Numbered from the stretch's first letter, positions 9,174-18,065 are shown. The stretch: DNA of 32,000 nucleotides from Candidatus Baldrarchaeum yapensis (GCA_016840465.1 JAEOSH010000007.1:30202-62201), one strand, 5' to 3'. The notes: generated from the sequence alone by a model not told the origin. Numbers and translations are program-made.

Positions 9174-10084
9174 GGCCGCTGAAGCCTCATGCACGGGAAT
9201 ACCTAAAAGCAGCAGCGGAGATCGCAGAGAGAGTTCTCAAAGAGGCAGAAAAAATAATAAAACCGGGAATAAAGATAATTGAAATCTGTGAAAAACTAGA
9301 ACAGTTGATAAGAAGGCTAGGAGGGCGCCCCGCGTTTCCAGTGAATATTTCAATAAACGATATCGCGGCCCATTATTCCTCCCCTCCCCAGGATCCAAAA
9401 AGAATACCTCACGGATCCCTCGTTAAGGTGGATATCGGGGTACACGTTAATGGCTATATTGTCGATATCGCAAAAACTCTAAACCTCGGAAGCGGCCTGA
9501 CGGATCTAATAAAGGCAACTGAGGACGCGTTGGAGGCCGCAATCGACCACATCAAGGCAGGTGTTAGGGTTTCGGAGATAGGTGCAGTGATAGAAAGAGA
9601 AATTAAAAGATATGGTTATAATCCGATAAAAAACCTTGCTGGTCATGCAATGGAACGTTATAATCTTCATGCTGGACTTTCAATACCAAATGTTTCGTCA
9701 CCACGCCCTTTGGGCATACTAGCCCCCAAGCTGCATGAAGGAATGATAGTGGCAATAGAGCCATTCGCCACCACAGGAAAACGAGCATATGTTGTTGACG
9801 ATCGCCCCATCTCGATATTTAAACTCACTGAGAAAAAGCCCAAAACAAGGGACGAGTCACGAATTTACTCTTTAATATGCAGGAGATGCCAGATGTTGCC
9901 TTTCTCATTAAGATGGTTTGACGAGATAACCGGATCCGGAAAAGCGGTGAAAACATTTACGAAAATGATATCAGAAGGGATAATTTATGCATATCCCCCA
10001 CTTAGGGAAGTCGATAAGAATCCTGTGGCTCAGGCAGAAACCACCGTGATCGTACATAAAAATGGAGCCGAAAGACTTGTATAG
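9167..10084 (+). CDS. map: Type II methionine aminopeptidase
   Basis: AFPVNIS, AAHYS, KVDIGVHVNGYIVD, GH, AIEPF and E ligand (QAETTV), with the type II insertion. Confidence 0.95.
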   Translation: MVRPLKPHAREYLKAAAEIAERVLKEAEKIIKPGIKIIEICEKLEQLIRRLGGRPAFPVNISINDIAAHYSSPPQDPKRIPHGSLVKVDIGVHVNGYIVDIAKTLNLGSGLTDLIKATEDALEAAIDHIKAGVRVSEIGAVIEREIKRYGYNPIKNLAGHAMERYNLHAGLSIPNVSSPRPLGILAPKLHEGMIVAIEPFATTGKRAYVVDDRPISIFKLTEKKPKTRDESRIYSLICRRCQMLPFSLRWFDEITGSGKAVKTFTKMISEGIIYAYPPLREVDKNPVAQAETTVIVHKNGAERLV

Positions 10085-10480
10085 TTATCGTCTTCTCCTT
10101 CTCCTTCTTCTCCTTCTAGTAATACTTTTCGTAACCTTCTTTTCTTCGGTTATAGGCTCTCCTCTTTCTATTTTCTCCACAATCTCCCTTATGTGGCTCA
10201 TGCTCTTCTCCAAACCATCGTTTCCCTTTATGAAAACACATGTTACTTCCATTTCTTTGATGAAAGCCGCTATTGAGAACTCATCAAACGCAATGAACCG
10301 GGGCTTCGGCTTATCAAGGCTTCCACCCATGAACCACAAATAAATGTTCACGAAGAGGTCCTCTATGTTCACATTGAAGTTTTCATCGAGTTTTTTGACT
10401 TCTTTGAGCACAGGACCCTGCTCTATATCGAAGTCTATCTTTACGATCGCCGCTATGTCTTTGACACCAAACTCAAACAC
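10085..10480 (-). CDS. Small longin/uDENN-like domain protein with a C-terminal poly-Arg tail
   Basis: N-terminal IVKIDFDIEQGPVL (FDxxxGP) and an apparent bb-a-bbb-a hydrophobicity pattern. GTG start directly follows the GTPase stop, with a GGAGGTGA SD. The fold call is by eye. Confidence 0.6.
   Translation of the reverse strand: MFEFGVKDIAAIVKIDFDIEQGPVLKEVKKLDENFNVNIEDLFVNIYLWFMGGSLDKPKPRFIAFDEFSIAAFIKEMEVTCVFIKGNDGLEKSMSHIREIVEKIERGEPITEEKKVTKSITRRRRRRRRRR
10088..10117 (-). repeat. AGA/AGG/CGA low-complexity tract encoding 10 consecutive Arg
   Basis: AGA AGG AGA AGA AGG AGA AGG AGA AGA CGA TAA read directly on the minus strand. Confidence 0.9.
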
Positions 10481-10963
10481 TCACTTCACCTCCAGTGCCA
10501 ATTTTTTGAACTCCTTCATGAGGATGTGATACATTTTCACTCTCTCACGAGGGTCTATTGCCACAAGACCATACGTGGGAACTTCTAATAAATCTTGCAC
10601 ACGGTTCGGCTTCATCGCACCTGGGAGGTCCTGCTTATTCGCAATCGCAATTACACGGTATCCGTCAATTTTCTTTAACTCCTCTAGTATTTTCTTCGAC
10701 TGCAGAACATTCACGGGAGTGCTATCGGTCACCAGGATAACAAGGGTGCTCCCCTTGAGTATCTGGGGCCATAGAGTCCGAAACCTCTCATGCCCCGCTA
10801 GGTCGAAAAGCGAAACCTCATGCTCTCCGAATGATATTTTCCCGAGGTCAAAGCCTATAGTTGGTCTATATTCGAGCGGAGGTGGAGCACCGGTCAACAA
10901 TTTTATTATTGTCGTTTTACCAACCCCCGGTAGTCCCACGAAGCTCACTTTCACTGTGCCCAT
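10481..10963 (-). CDS. Ras-superfamily small GTPase, Arf/Sar-like
   Basis: G1 GLPGVGKT, G2 PTIG, G3 DLAGH followed by ERFRTLW, G4 NKQD in an Arf-like ANKQDLPGAM, and G5 VAI. Confidence 0.93.
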   Translation of the reverse strand: MGTVKVSFVGLPGVGKTTIIKLLTGAPPPLEYRPTIGFDLGKISFGEHEVSLFDLAGHERFRTLWPQILKGSTLVILVTDSTPVNVLQSKKILEELKKIDGYRVIAIANKQDLPGAMKPNRVQDLLEVPTYGLVAIDPRERVKMYHILMKEFKKLALEVK

Positions 10964-11031
10964 GTAGACCCCCTCTGTAAGACCGAACCCATCAATTTAA
11001 GAGTAGGTAATAGTAAGAAAGCAGGGTGAGA

Positions 11032-11367
11032 ATGTTGGAAGAGTACGCCGAGAACCAGTTAACACGACGCGAGAAGATAATGAAGATACTAGAGGAATCG
11101 GACCACTTCATGACGGTAGATGAACTTGCGTATATACTAGAAATCAAAGGAAAGGAGCGAAGGAGGCTATACGAGGACATAACGCACGTTGCCAAGAGCG
11201 TAAGGGCACTCTCGCAGGGAAGAAAGATTCTTGTAATGCAACCCCCTCAATGCAGAAAGTGCGGGTTCGTTTTCACAAACTTAAAAAAGCCGTCGAAACC
11301 TAGAAGATGTCCCAAATGTTATTCAACGTGGATAGAACCCCCAAAGTTCAAGATAGTTAAAAGATGA
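11032..11367 (+). CDS. Predicted transcriptional regulator with wHTH and Zn-ribbon (COG3357-like)
   Basis: TRREKIMKIL HTH start and PPQCRKCGFVF...PRRCPKCYSTWIEPP. ATG 11032 follows a GGGTGA SD. Confidence 0.85.
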   Translation: MLEEYAENQLTRREKIMKILEESDHFMTVDELAYILEIKGKERRRLYEDITHVAKSVRALSQGRKILVMQPPQCRKCGFVFTNLKKPSKPRRCPKCYSTWIEPPKFKIVKR

Positions 11368-11377
11368 AGTTGTATAA

Positions 11378-11713
11378 CTAGAATTTCCTCCTAAGTACAC
11401 AGAGGTACATATCTTCCTCCGTTGCTATAACTATTTGCTTCTCCTCGCCCCTCTCATTTACAAAATCGACTATCACAAAGAGCAACTTGCCCAGATTTAA
11501 CTCGTTGGCGGCCCTTCGTGCCTCCGTACTAACACTCTTCACATGAGCGGCGAGCGCCTCGGCGTGCGAAGTCTTAAGGGTGGACTGTAAGGGGAACCCC
11601 TCGTCATCAACTACAAGTACACCTTCGACTCCTCTTTCACGTGATAAGTTCTCAAGAGTCTTCTGCAAGGCTATCGGCAATAATAGATAACTTGAGTCTC
11701 TCTCGTCGCTCAT
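11378..11713 (-). CDS. Roadblock/LC7 (MglB/LAMTOR-like) domain protein
   Basis: LENLSRERGVEGVLVVDDEGFPLQSTL...AEALAAH...ARRAANELNLGKL is the typical roadblock a-bb-a-bbb pattern. Start at ATG 11713. Confidence 0.88.
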   Translation of the reverse strand: MSDERDSSYLLLPIALQKTLENLSRERGVEGVLVVDDEGFPLQSTLKTSHAEALAAHVKSVSTEARRAANELNLGKLLFVIVDFVNERGEEKQIVIATEEDMYLCVLRRKF

Positions 11714-11841
11714 AGGAACCCCTTGCACCACACTGAGTGTTCTTTTTACAATTAGTAACAATACCTTAATATAATGTGCGCTCCATCTACAATCAACGGA
11801 AGGTGTATTACCGATAAAGTAGTGGGACGGGGTGAGCAGTT

Positions 11842-12489
11842 TTGGTTAAAGTAAAATGGCTGGGACACGCATGCTTTGAGATAAAAGGCGAAACTGTAAC
11901 TATAGTTACGGATCCACACGACGGCACATCACTCAACATACCTCGTCCGAAAGCGGAAGCCGACATAGTCCTCGTAAGCCATACGCACTTCGACCACATG
12001 GACGGCATAAAATTCGTTAAAAGGCCCGATGCCGAGGAGATAGTTGCAAAGACGGGAGAGATGGAGATCAAGGGCGTAAAAATAAAGGGAATAAAGAGTT
12101 ATCACGACAAATCGATGGGAAGACAACGGGGAGAAAACGTAATATATGTATTTGAAGTTGATGGAGTGCGATTTTGCCACCTTGGTGATCTAGGGCATAT
12201 TCTGACGGATGAACAAGTGCGTGAGATCGGGGAAGTTGACGTTCTCCTCATTCCGGTGGGTGGCACGTTCACCATCGACGCCCGTGAGGCGTCCGAAATC
12301 ATTGAAATGCTCAAACCGAAGATCGTAATTCCTATGCACTACAAAATAAAGGGACTGAATTTGCCCATATCTGGTGTAGAAGAATTCATTGCGGATAAAA
12401 AGAATGTAGAGAAGATTTCAGGGTCTGAGGTTGAGATAACAAAGGAGAACCTGCCGGGCGAGACGAAGATCATAGTATTGTCAATATGA
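11842..12489 (+). CDS. MBL-fold metallo-hydrolase (Lactamase_B_3/UlaG-like)
   Basis: WLGHACF, TDP, SHTHFDH, HLGDLGH, IPVGG and IPMHY. TTG start after a GGGGTGA SD. Confidence 0.9.
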   Translation: MVKVKWLGHACFEIKGETVTIVTDPHDGTSLNIPRPKAEADIVLVSHTHFDHMDGIKFVKRPDAEEIVAKTGEMEIKGVKIKGIKSYHDKSMGRQRGENVIYVFEVDGVRFCHLGDLGHILTDEQVREIGEVDVLLIPVGGTFTIDAREASEIIEMLKPKIVIPMHYKIKGLNLPISGVEEFIADKKNVEKISGSEVEITKENLPGETKIIVLSI

Positions 12490-12495
12490 CAACAC

Positions 12496-12705
12496 TCACT
12501 TTGACAAAATCCTTTTTCTTAGAGATGAAATGTACTGCTGAAGTTTCTCGGTGGCATTTATCGCAAGAGCAATTTTTCTCTTCATGATGTCATCGTCCAA
12601 ATTCTCCTGTATTCTCTGGAGTTCCGCAAGTAAACTAGATAAAAGATTACTGGCTTCTATGAAACACCTTTCTAGAAGTTCGTACTTCGTGCTCATACAC
12701 ACCAT
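12496..12705 (-). CDS. Small helical (coiled-coil hairpin) hypothetical protein
   Basis: 69 aa, starting 4 nt after the upstream stop and filling the gap. Heptad-like Leu pattern. Confidence 0.6.
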   Translation of the reverse strand: MVCMSTKYELLERCFIEASNLLSSLLAELQRIQENLDDDIMKRKIALAINATEKLQQYISSLRKRILSK

Positions 12706-12709
12706 CCTC

Positions 12710-13495
12710 TTAAACTTTGGAACACATTTCCTTTAACATTTTGATTGCTCTTTTTACCTTTATCTTGGCCTCCTCCAAGTTACTTCCCCTTGCGGAAACC
12801 CAGACTTTAATTCTAATCGTATCCCTGAACGCCCCCGGCATCGACTTTATATATACTCCCTCGATTTTCCTCATAACCTCGTCTATTAGTGGTGAAAGCT
12901 TGGATTCGTCGATTATGGGCATTTCAGCAATTTCCTCATACATGACGCCCTTGATTCTGGACTTTATTATTTCTGAAACCTGATTATCGAATATCCATTT
13001 GAGTTCTCGGGGAACTCCAGGAAGACATATTATCATCGCGTTCGGAAGTTCTAATAACACTCCAGGCGCCCCTCCAACCCTGTTATCGAGGGCTTTTGCT
13101 CCCTCAGGCAACATTGCCATCTTCTTCCTAGGTGGTGTTATCTCAGGTGTATCCACTATACCAAGTTGATAAAAAAGTTGATACTGCCTTTTAACAATTT
13201 CTAGTGCCTCCTCGTTAAGCACTAACTTTAAATTGAACGCGTGAGCCACACCCTCTAGGGTTTTATCGTCATGTGTAGGGCCAAGTCCTCCACTTGTTAT
13301 CACAATTTCGCAACCATCATCAATTAATCGTTTTAACGCCTTTGCAATATCATTCACGTTATCTCTCACTACCATTATTTCCTTTACCAAAAAACCCATT
13401 TCCTTCAACTTCTTCGCAAGCCAATTGCTGTTCGTGTCCTGGATTACTCCGTCAAGTATCTCATTTCCGATCACAAGTATCCCCACAGTTATCAT
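12710..13495 (-). CDS. CinA N-terminal / molybdopterin-binding-domain protein (COG1058)
   Basis: VIGNEILDGVIQDTNS, SGGLGPTHDDKT and LPGVPRE. Start at ATG 13495 after GAGGGGGTGGG. Confidence 0.88.
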   Translation of the reverse strand: MITVGILVIGNEILDGVIQDTNSNWLAKKLKEMGFLVKEIMVVRDNVNDIAKALKRLIDDGCEIVITSGGLGPTHDDKTLEGVAHAFNLKLVLNEEALEIVKRQYQLFYQLGIVDTPEITPPRKKMAMLPEGAKALDNRVGGAPGVLLELPNAMIICLPGVPRELKWIFDNQVSEIIKSRIKGVMYEEIAEMPIIDESKLSPLIDEVMRKIEGVYIKSMPGAFRDTIRIKVWVSARGSNLEEAKIKVKRAIKMLKEMCSKV

Positions 13496-13505
13496 TCCCA
13501 CCCCC

Positions 13506-14084
13506 TCAACGACTTCGTGCTCGCCATTCAAATGCAATTACCACAAACATTATGAAAATGAAGAATGCAACCAGCATCGGAGTGAACGTCTTGACAATAT
13601 ATCGTACTGCAAGCATTTTCATATCCTCAATATTTACTATCGTTCTTCGTGCGAATACCAGCAGTATCACATATGCGCCATACGCTGCAAACACGGGCCA
13701 TGCCAAGTACCCGCCTCCTAGAAGCATAAGTAAAATTGCGACGCCCAACTTGCTAAACGTTGGGTCGAGTACCTGATGGGGCAATTCTTCATCGGGGTCG
13801 TATTGAAAATAGTATGTTAGTAGGAACGGTGGGATTTCAAGCCTAATAAGGGAAATTGCTTGAAGAGCCGCCTGTATTGGCAGTAAAACGGCGCAAATAA
13901 CAAGCGCATAAAGAAACAACATGTCAGAGAGCGAAGATGGAGGGAAAATATGGGGAAATGCCTCAGTAATTCCTATAAATGCCAATCCTATGAAAACAAC
14001 AGATATTATATGGATGACAGCGGCCTTAAATGCGTGTTTAAGGTTCCTTATCTTTACTTCCTTTTCCTCTTCGACCCCCAGCAT
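13506..14084 (-). CDS. Integral membrane hypothetical protein (about 4 TM segments)
   Basis: Four long hydrophobic segments. Lies within the serS-cinA run, overlapping the serS 3' end. Confidence 0.7.
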   Translation of the reverse strand: MLGVEEEKEVKIRNLKHAFKAAVIHIISVVFIGLAFIGITEAFPHIFPPSSLSDMLFLYALVICAVLLPIQAALQAISLIRLEIPPFLLTYYFQYDPDEELPHQVLDPTFSKLGVAILLMLLGGGYLAWPVFAAYGAYVILLVFARRTIVNIEDMKMLAVRYIVKTFTPMLVAFFIFIMFVVIAFEWRARSR

Positions 14085-15651
14085 TTCCCCTGCCCCCAGG
14101 CGGCCATGTTATCAATTTGGGAACTTCGGGCAATTCATCCCCAATGTACTTCTTTATTTCATCGGGCCATTCGTTGAATTCAAAACCCCATCTCGTCAGG
14201 AAGACATATGCCCATCTGGACGGACCAATACCAGCGCACCCTGTCCATATGGGTCTATTTGCACGGTCTCTAAACCTGAACCTCTTAGCGTAAAAGTCCG
14301 TATGCACATGGAACGATGAAATTTCCAGCTCCGCCTCTGGTCGGCTCTTCGTTTGGAAAGGCAATATTACCGTGAGATCATATGTTTTCACGAATTCAGT
14401 ACTTTCTTCTTTTTCAACTTTACCAGCATGTTCCAAATACACGGCAGTTGTTGCATCAACCCTCCACTCTAGGTCAAAGATTTTGTCAATGATTTCAACG
14501 GCCCGTTCAAGAACTTGATCACGTATTTCAATGCATTTTTCGGGAGTTGTTAGCCATGTAAACTCTATCCTGTGGAACTCATTAAGCCTCTCTAAACCTT
14601 TCAGCCCACCTCCTTCCCAGCGCCATGTTGGCCCATTTCTGTCAAAGAACTTTATGGGGTTCTTTTCAAGTTCGCTTGCGTCCACAATCTCGTTACGGAA
14701 GAGCTCGTAGAACGGCTCACATTGGGCATACGAGAGCGCGTATAATGGCGGTCTCAGTTTTTCCTTGAGCAGATCAACTGGTATTTCATCGGTTATTTCA
14801 ACGAGGTCTATGAAATCCTCAAAGTCCTCGACATTCCTAGAAATCGGTGGACAGACGAATAGCATCTCGTGCGGAATTGCAAGTTGCCCCTTTCTCTTCT
14901 CAACATCAAGGGGTATCAACCTAGGAAATATTACCTCGATGAATCCGAGTGGTTTTGCTATCCTGTCTATCACAAGTTGCTCTATAGCTCTTATTAATGC
15001 AGTGAAGGGAGGCAACAATTGCCAGACACCGGCACCCGGATATTCTTTAACCCATCCGAGCCTCACAGCCTCTTCTGTCGGATCGCTCCTTAACTTGTAC
15101 TTATGGAGTCTGGGCTCGCTTCTCCTGACTGTTCTTACGAACTCCGCCTTGCCTCTTATTCTCTGTGCAATGATCTTTTCTTCAAGTCTTCTGAGCAGTC
15201 TATCAATGTAATTATCGCGTAGCGCTTTCTCATCGATATCTTCAAGTTCAAGGTACACCTTTTTTCCGTCAAATCTAAGCTCCTTAACGAAAGGCAACCT
15301 TACGGGCTCTAAAGGCTCCTCCGAAACCTCGGTCTCTATTTTAAATTCCTGCACCTCTATGTCCTTTACCCCAATCTTGTACTTTCTACCTAGATTTGCA
15401 GCGAGAACGTTCTTTAATCGAAGAATCGCAACATGGGACCTGACATATCGCCCACTCATTATGTGGACCCATATTCCATCGTCTAATATTTTCCAGTCAA
15501 CAATTCTTGGGGCCTCCTCTCTTTTGTCTGCAGGACAACCCTTAAGAAATTCCTTTTCCTCAACTTTTGCAATAAGATCGGCGATGAAGTCCTTAGCATC
15601 CTCGGGTATCTGCCTAGTGAGTTTAAGAACAGCCTTAAGATCAAATTTCAC
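14038..15651 (-). CDS. serS: Seryl-tRNA synthetase, methanogen (type 2, Zn-dependent) form
   Basis: N-domain SGRYVRSHVAILRLK...LGRKYKIG, YAQCEPFY, motif 2 WRWEGGGLKGLERLNEFHRIE and motif 3 WTGCAGIGPSRW. Confidence 0.93.
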   Translation of the reverse strand: MKFDLKAVLKLTRQIPEDAKDFIADLIAKVEEKEFLKGCPADKREEAPRIVDWKILDDGIWVHIMSGRYVRSHVAILRLKNVLAANLGRKYKIGVKDIEVQEFKIETEVSEEPLEPVRLPFVKELRFDGKKVYLELEDIDEKALRDNYIDRLLRRLEEKIIAQRIRGKAEFVRTVRRSEPRLHKYKLRSDPTEEAVRLGWVKEYPGAGVWQLLPPFTALIRAIEQLVIDRIAKPLGFIEVIFPRLIPLDVEKRKGQLAIPHEMLFVCPPISRNVEDFEDFIDLVEITDEIPVDLLKEKLRPPLYALSYAQCEPFYELFRNEIVDASELEKNPIKFFDRNGPTWRWEGGGLKGLERLNEFHRIEFTWLTTPEKCIEIRDQVLERAVEIIDKIFDLEWRVDATTAVYLEHAGKVEKEESTEFVKTYDLTVILPFQTKSRPEAELEISSFHVHTDFYAKRFRFRDRANRPIWTGCAGIGPSRWAYVFLTRWGFEFNEWPDEIKKYIGDELPEVPKLITWPPGGRGNAGGRRGKGSKDKEP

Positions 15652-15685
15652 AAGCGCACACCTCTCACAAGTCTTATCTCCGATA

Positions 15686-16540
15686 TCATTTGAAGATTTT
15701 TATCGATGCGTACCCGACAACTCTGCCAAGATCTCCGGTGATGTCGCCGGACGTCGCATATTTTAAAAGCTTTGCGCCCTTGGCTCCCATATTTTTCACA
15801 GCAACCAGCATCGCCGCCACCGGCCCATATCCGCACATCGAAATCCTGAACTTATCGACCTTCGAAAACAATTCCCTTTCGTCTAATGCTAAGATCGCGG
15901 AAATCGCCTGAGCATCCTTGTCCATGGCAACATTATGTGGCTCATAATGCGTGAAGTCCGTGCTAGCAATGATCACGCAGTTAAGCCCTTTAACGGCAGA
16001 TGAGATTGCCTTTCCCAGGTCTCTTGCAGCTGAAAGAGTCTGTAAAAGCATGGTAATGGGAACGAACTCAAAACTCCCGTAAATGTACTGCAAAAACGGA
16101 ATTTGCACCTCGACACTATGCTCGTACGTGTGTCCCAAATCGTCCTCCGACGCGTACTCGCTGTTCTTTATAATTTCCTTAGCAATATCTTCATCTATCC
16201 TGACCCGTCCAAGTGGGGTTTCCCACTCACCCGTGGACATCACAGAAATCGAGGAACCCACACCACTGTGATTAGGACCTATTATTATGAAAAGATCCGG
16301 CCGACCATCAGTTGCAAGATCTAAGAACCCGTGGGCAGCAACTGGACCGCTATACATGTAGCCAGCATGTGGAGAAACGAGCCCCAAGATTCTTCTCTCC
16401 CCGGCCACATTCACTCTCGGAAGTGTTTGAGGACCAAGCCTGTGAAGGAAACACCCTTCTATTTGCTTCTTTAAGTTCTCAGGATCTCCCGCGTAGAACG
16501 TTCCCGCAACGTACGGTCTTCTAACGGTGTCTTTCTTCAT
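15686..16540 (-). CDS. MEMO1 family protein (AmmeMemoRadiSam system protein B)
   Basis: RRPYVAGTFY, SPHAGYMYSG, GPNH, EHSVEVQIPFLQ, STDFTHY, SMCGYGP and YATSGD. Confidence 0.93.
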   Translation of the reverse strand: MKKDTVRRPYVAGTFYAGDPENLKKQIEGCFLHRLGPQTLPRVNVAGERRILGLVSPHAGYMYSGPVAAHGFLDLATDGRPDLFIIIGPNHSGVGSSISVMSTGEWETPLGRVRIDEDIAKEIIKNSEYASEDDLGHTYEHSVEVQIPFLQYIYGSFEFVPITMLLQTLSAARDLGKAISSAVKGLNCVIIASTDFTHYEPHNVAMDKDAQAISAILALDERELFSKVDKFRISMCGYGPVAAMLVAVKNMGAKGAKLLKYATSGDITGDLGRVVGYASIKIFK

Positions 16541-17034
16541 TTCGATTCCTCCAATCCCTCATACTGATAGGTCCCACTGTATCCCCTTTCTACTTTTTCG
16601 GCTTTTATAAAAATTATTTGCGCAATGCGCGCATTCTCGGTTAAGACGATCCCGTATGGATTGAAAACCGCAAGTAGCCCTACCGCCCTTCCCTGATAGC
16701 CCGCATCGTAGAGAGCTGTGAAGATAGTTGCCCCCATCCTTAATAGTGAAGAGCGCGGGAGAACTATTGCAACGTGATCGAGAGGGACCTTTACGATCTC
16801 ACGATACCTTATCAGGTACGATCCGGGATTCAGCTTGTACCTTCCATTTTCCGGGAGCAATCTCTCGGTGCGTGGCAGTTTTCTAAGTGAGTTGTCAAAA
16901 TCCAGAACTCCGGCCTCGATGAAGCCGTACAACTCGCCGATTGTGAGATCCACCCCGTTGGGTTGCACCTGCACGTTCTTGGAAATGAAATTTTCAATAA
17001 AACCGAGCGCGCGGCTTCCGAGTATCACGCACAC
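16537..17034 (-). CDS. dut: Trimeric dUTPase / dCTP deaminase family (archaeal dUTPase)
   Basis: QPNGVDL, PRSSLLRMG, LYDAGYQG, RIAQIIF and C-terminal GYSGTYQ. Confidence 0.85.
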   Translation of the reverse strand: MCVILGSRALGFIENFISKNVQVQPNGVDLTIGELYGFIEAGVLDFDNSLRKLPRTERLLPENGRYKLNPGSYLIRYREIVKVPLDHVAIVLPRSSLLRMGATIFTALYDAGYQGRAVGLLAVFNPYGIVLTENARIAQIIFIKAEKVERGYSGTYQYEGLEESK

Positions 17035-17143
17035 GCCCCTTCACCAACACATATTTTGGGAGTTGTTGCCAAAAATATTTGCAATACACTGTTACGACTC
17101 TCAAATCAATACCCCGCGTCAGCCATACTTGAGATGGTGAAGG

Positions 17144-18061
17144 ATGATTAAGGATCCTTACGGAAGGCCCGTCACGGGGCTTAGAATCTCAATAACACGT
17201 AGATGTAACCTCAATTGCATTTACTGTCATAGAGAAGGGGAAGAGTCATCACACATTCCTACTGAAATGTCGCCTGAAGAGATCAGTAAGATAGTGGAGA
17301 TCGCAACAACCCTCGGAATCTCAAAAATAAAACTTACAGGAGGCGAACCCCTAATAAGGGCCGATATCGTCGAAATAGTGAGGAAAATTTCCGAAATAGG
17401 AAGTATACAGGATCTCTCAATTACAACTAACGGGGTACTTCTTGAAAAGTACGCAGACAGACTATATAATGCGGGGTTAATGAGAGTGAATGTCAGCCTC
17501 GACACCTTAGATCCCGAGAAATATAAGAGGATAACCGGGCATGCCTTCTTGGAAAACGTCAAGAGAGGGATAAAGAAGGCGCGGGAGGTGGGGCTCTATC
17601 CAATAAAGGTCAACATGGTCATACTCAGAGGAATTAATGAAGATGAAGTGTGGAAGATGGTAGAGTTTTGCAACCGAATGGAAGCAATTTTACAACTAAT
17701 AGAACTTGTCCCGCTGGGCACGCCCGATTTCGGAAAATATTACGTCGATCTCGATAAGATAGAGCAAGAACTTGCAATGCGGGCAGAAAAGGTAATTCCT
17801 CGCAAACTCCACCACAGAATGAAATATTACCTTTATGATGGAGCCGAAGTAGAAGTAGTTCGCCCCTTTCATAATTCCATCTTCTGTGCGAACTGCACAA
17901 GGATAAGGCTCACAAGTGATGGGAAATTAAAGCCTTGCCTTATGCGTAACGACAATCTCGTGGACATATTAACACCCCTCAGAAGGGGAGCTTCGGATGA
18001 GGAACTGAAAAACCTCTTCTTAAAGGCAATATCCTTGCGAGAACCGTTCTATAAGGGGTGA
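17144..18061 (+). CDS. moaA: GTP 3',8-cyclase (radical SAM)
   Basis: LRISITRRCNLNCIYCH, KLTGGEP, TTNG and C-terminal FCANCTRIRLTSDGKLKPCL. Confidence 0.95.
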   Translation: MIKDPYGRPVTGLRISITRRCNLNCIYCHREGEESSHIPTEMSPEEISKIVEIATTLGISKIKLTGGEPLIRADIVEIVRKISEIGSIQDLSITTNGVLLEKYADRLYNAGLMRVNVSLDTLDPEKYKRITGHAFLENVKRGIKKAREVGLYPIKVNMVILRGINEDEVWKMVEFCNRMEAILQLIELVPLGTPDFGKYYVDLDKIEQELAMRAEKVIPRKLHHRMKYYLYDGAEVEVVRPFHNSIFCANCTRIRLTSDGKLKPCLMRNDNLVDILTPLRRGASDEELKNLFLKAISLREPFYKG

Positions 18062-18065
18062 TTTT

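Noticed and set aside
17144-18061. MoaA lacking the C-terminal GG motif
   Set aside because: Common in archaeal MoaA; not unusual.
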